From: Ostreococcus tauri | Taxonomy: Eukaryota | Assembly (NCBI GenBank): GCA_000214015.2 | Contig: CAID01000001.2 | Coordinates: 770,208-775,440 of the forward strand | Length of the DNA stretch: 5,233 nucleotides | Reading direction: 5' to 3' | In this document: in pieces, positions 4,581-5,233 of the stretch | Position numbering within the stretch: position 1 is the first letter of the stretch | Layout: each line of letters opens with the position of its first letter | Program-made: the position numbers and the translations under genes | The notes under the pieces: generated by a model | The model's database searches: none | The model's input: the letters and a program-made list of their open reading frames with translations, nothing else | What the model was told of the DNA's origin: nothing

Positions 4581-4610
4581 TCCGGCTCCTCTGTGAGGAA
4601 AACCAAGCCA

Positions 4611-5233
4611 TCATCGCCTCCTGGCGAACGGGTTAGGAATCCTCCCCGTCCGCGTATCCCTGAGCATCTCCCCCGATCTCGCGTGCTTATCCATCAATCG
4701 CGCGCGCAAAAAGTCCACCGCCGCCGTCGGAGGCTCCGCCGTCTCGTCTCCGCGCGCGCCCTCCAACGCGACCACCTCGAATCCATCCCGCTCGTACGTC
4801 CGCCGCTTCGCCTCCCGTCGCTCCCTCTTACTCCTCTTCACCCGTTTCTTCCCTCCGACGTGCGCCTCGTACGCGTCGAACGCCCGTCTTTTCTCGCCGC
4901 CGCGCCGTCCGTCCCCGAGCGCGCCCGCGACGACGTCCTCCGGAAGCGCCTCGAGATCGTCTTCGTCCGCCCTCGCGTCGTCCGCCGACGCCGTCCACGC
5001 CGTCGTCGTCGCCGTTTCCGTCCCATCGTCCCCTCGCGCGCGCGCGTTCGAACGCGCCGCCGGTCGTCGCGTCTTCGCCGCCGCCGCCGCCGCTCGCACC
5101 GCCGCGCGCGCGTTCGCCCGCGCCCGCGTCGCCTCCGCGCGTCCGCGCGCCCCGCTCACTTCCTCGGGCGCGTCCGAGTCCGAGCGTTCGTCCTCGCCCG
5201 CGAGCGCCGCGCGCGTCGAGCGCGGCGCTCGCG
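4611..5233 (-). CDS. 3' part of a gene for a low-complexity Ala/Arg-rich, mixed acidic/basic protein of unknown function; the true start lies beyond the right edge
   Basis: The minus-strand frame is open from the window edge to TGA at 4611-4613. The track start at 5159 is GTG, and the frame continues upstream as ...RAPRSTRAALAGEDERSDSDAPEEV. The only ATG codons are near the C-terminus, so the start is off-window. It contains a Lys/Arg cluster (KKRVKRSKRERREAKRR, nuclear/nucleolar-like) and a more ordinary C-terminal segment (GFEVVAL...VDFLRARLMDKHARSGEML). I do not recognise the family. Confidence 0.55.
   Translation of the reverse strand, partial: RAPRSTRAALAGEDERSDSDAPEEVSGARGRAEATRARANARAAVRAAAAAAKTRRPAARSNARARGDDGTETATTTAWTASADDARADEDDLEALPEDVVAGALGDGRRGGEKRRAFDAYEAHVGGKKRVKRSKRERREAKRRTYERDGFEVVALEGARGDETAEPPTAAVDFLRARLMDKHARSGEMLRDTRTGRIPNPFARRR

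Noticed and set aside
4838-5026. A 62-aa Arg-rich ORF lies on the minus strand inside the right-hand gene.
   Set aside because: It is an off-frame, poly-Arg/Lys translation of the same strand as the longer open frame 4611-5233.
1-5233. I looked for prokaryotic-style features: CRISPR repeats, Shine-Dalgarno-linked operon structure, rho-independent terminators, IS or transposon ends, and integrase or defence genes.
   Set aside because: I found no regularly spaced direct repeats with unique spacers, and no inverted terminal repeats flanking an ORF. All recognisable proteins are eukaryote-type, with monocistronic spacing and eukaryote-like 3' signals. The only tandem repeat (1785-1911) has contiguous units without spacers.

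Overview
The window looks like a compact, very GC-rich eukaryotic nuclear region, not a prokaryotic one. That call is an inference from gene content (an Exo1-type XPG nuclease, a GT47 exostosin-type glycosyltransferase, a Tim17/22/23 PRAT protein), TGTAA motifs just after stop codons, and intergenic spacers of 90-260 nt. The best guess for source is a prasinophyte picoalga of the Micromonas/Ostreococcus type, which needs a database search to confirm. I can support four genes plus a possible fifth gene start. On the + strand these are a GT47 glycosyltransferase (243-1811), a 150-aa PRAT membrane protein (2069-2521), and EXO1 (2703-4518), whose reading frame is broken by 1 nt as given. On the - strand there is a low-complexity basic/acidic protein running off the right edge (4611-5233) and a possible divergent gene start at 67-1. 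I see no CRISPR array, rRNA or tRNA gene, transposon, or recognisable prokaryotic defence or operon system, and I do not claim a novel system. Several things deserve a second look. The main ones are a composite GAGTC/GACTC (TGACTCA-containing) element upstream of all three + strand genes, the EXO1 frame break at a G5 run, a 41-nt tandem repeat that supplies the stop codon of the GT47 gene, a shared TGTA(A/G)-N6-GTTTCGTT module at two 3' ends, and sharp local GC heterogeneity. Most other ORFs in the six-frame track are Arg/Pro/Ala-rich off-frame artefacts of high GC content.
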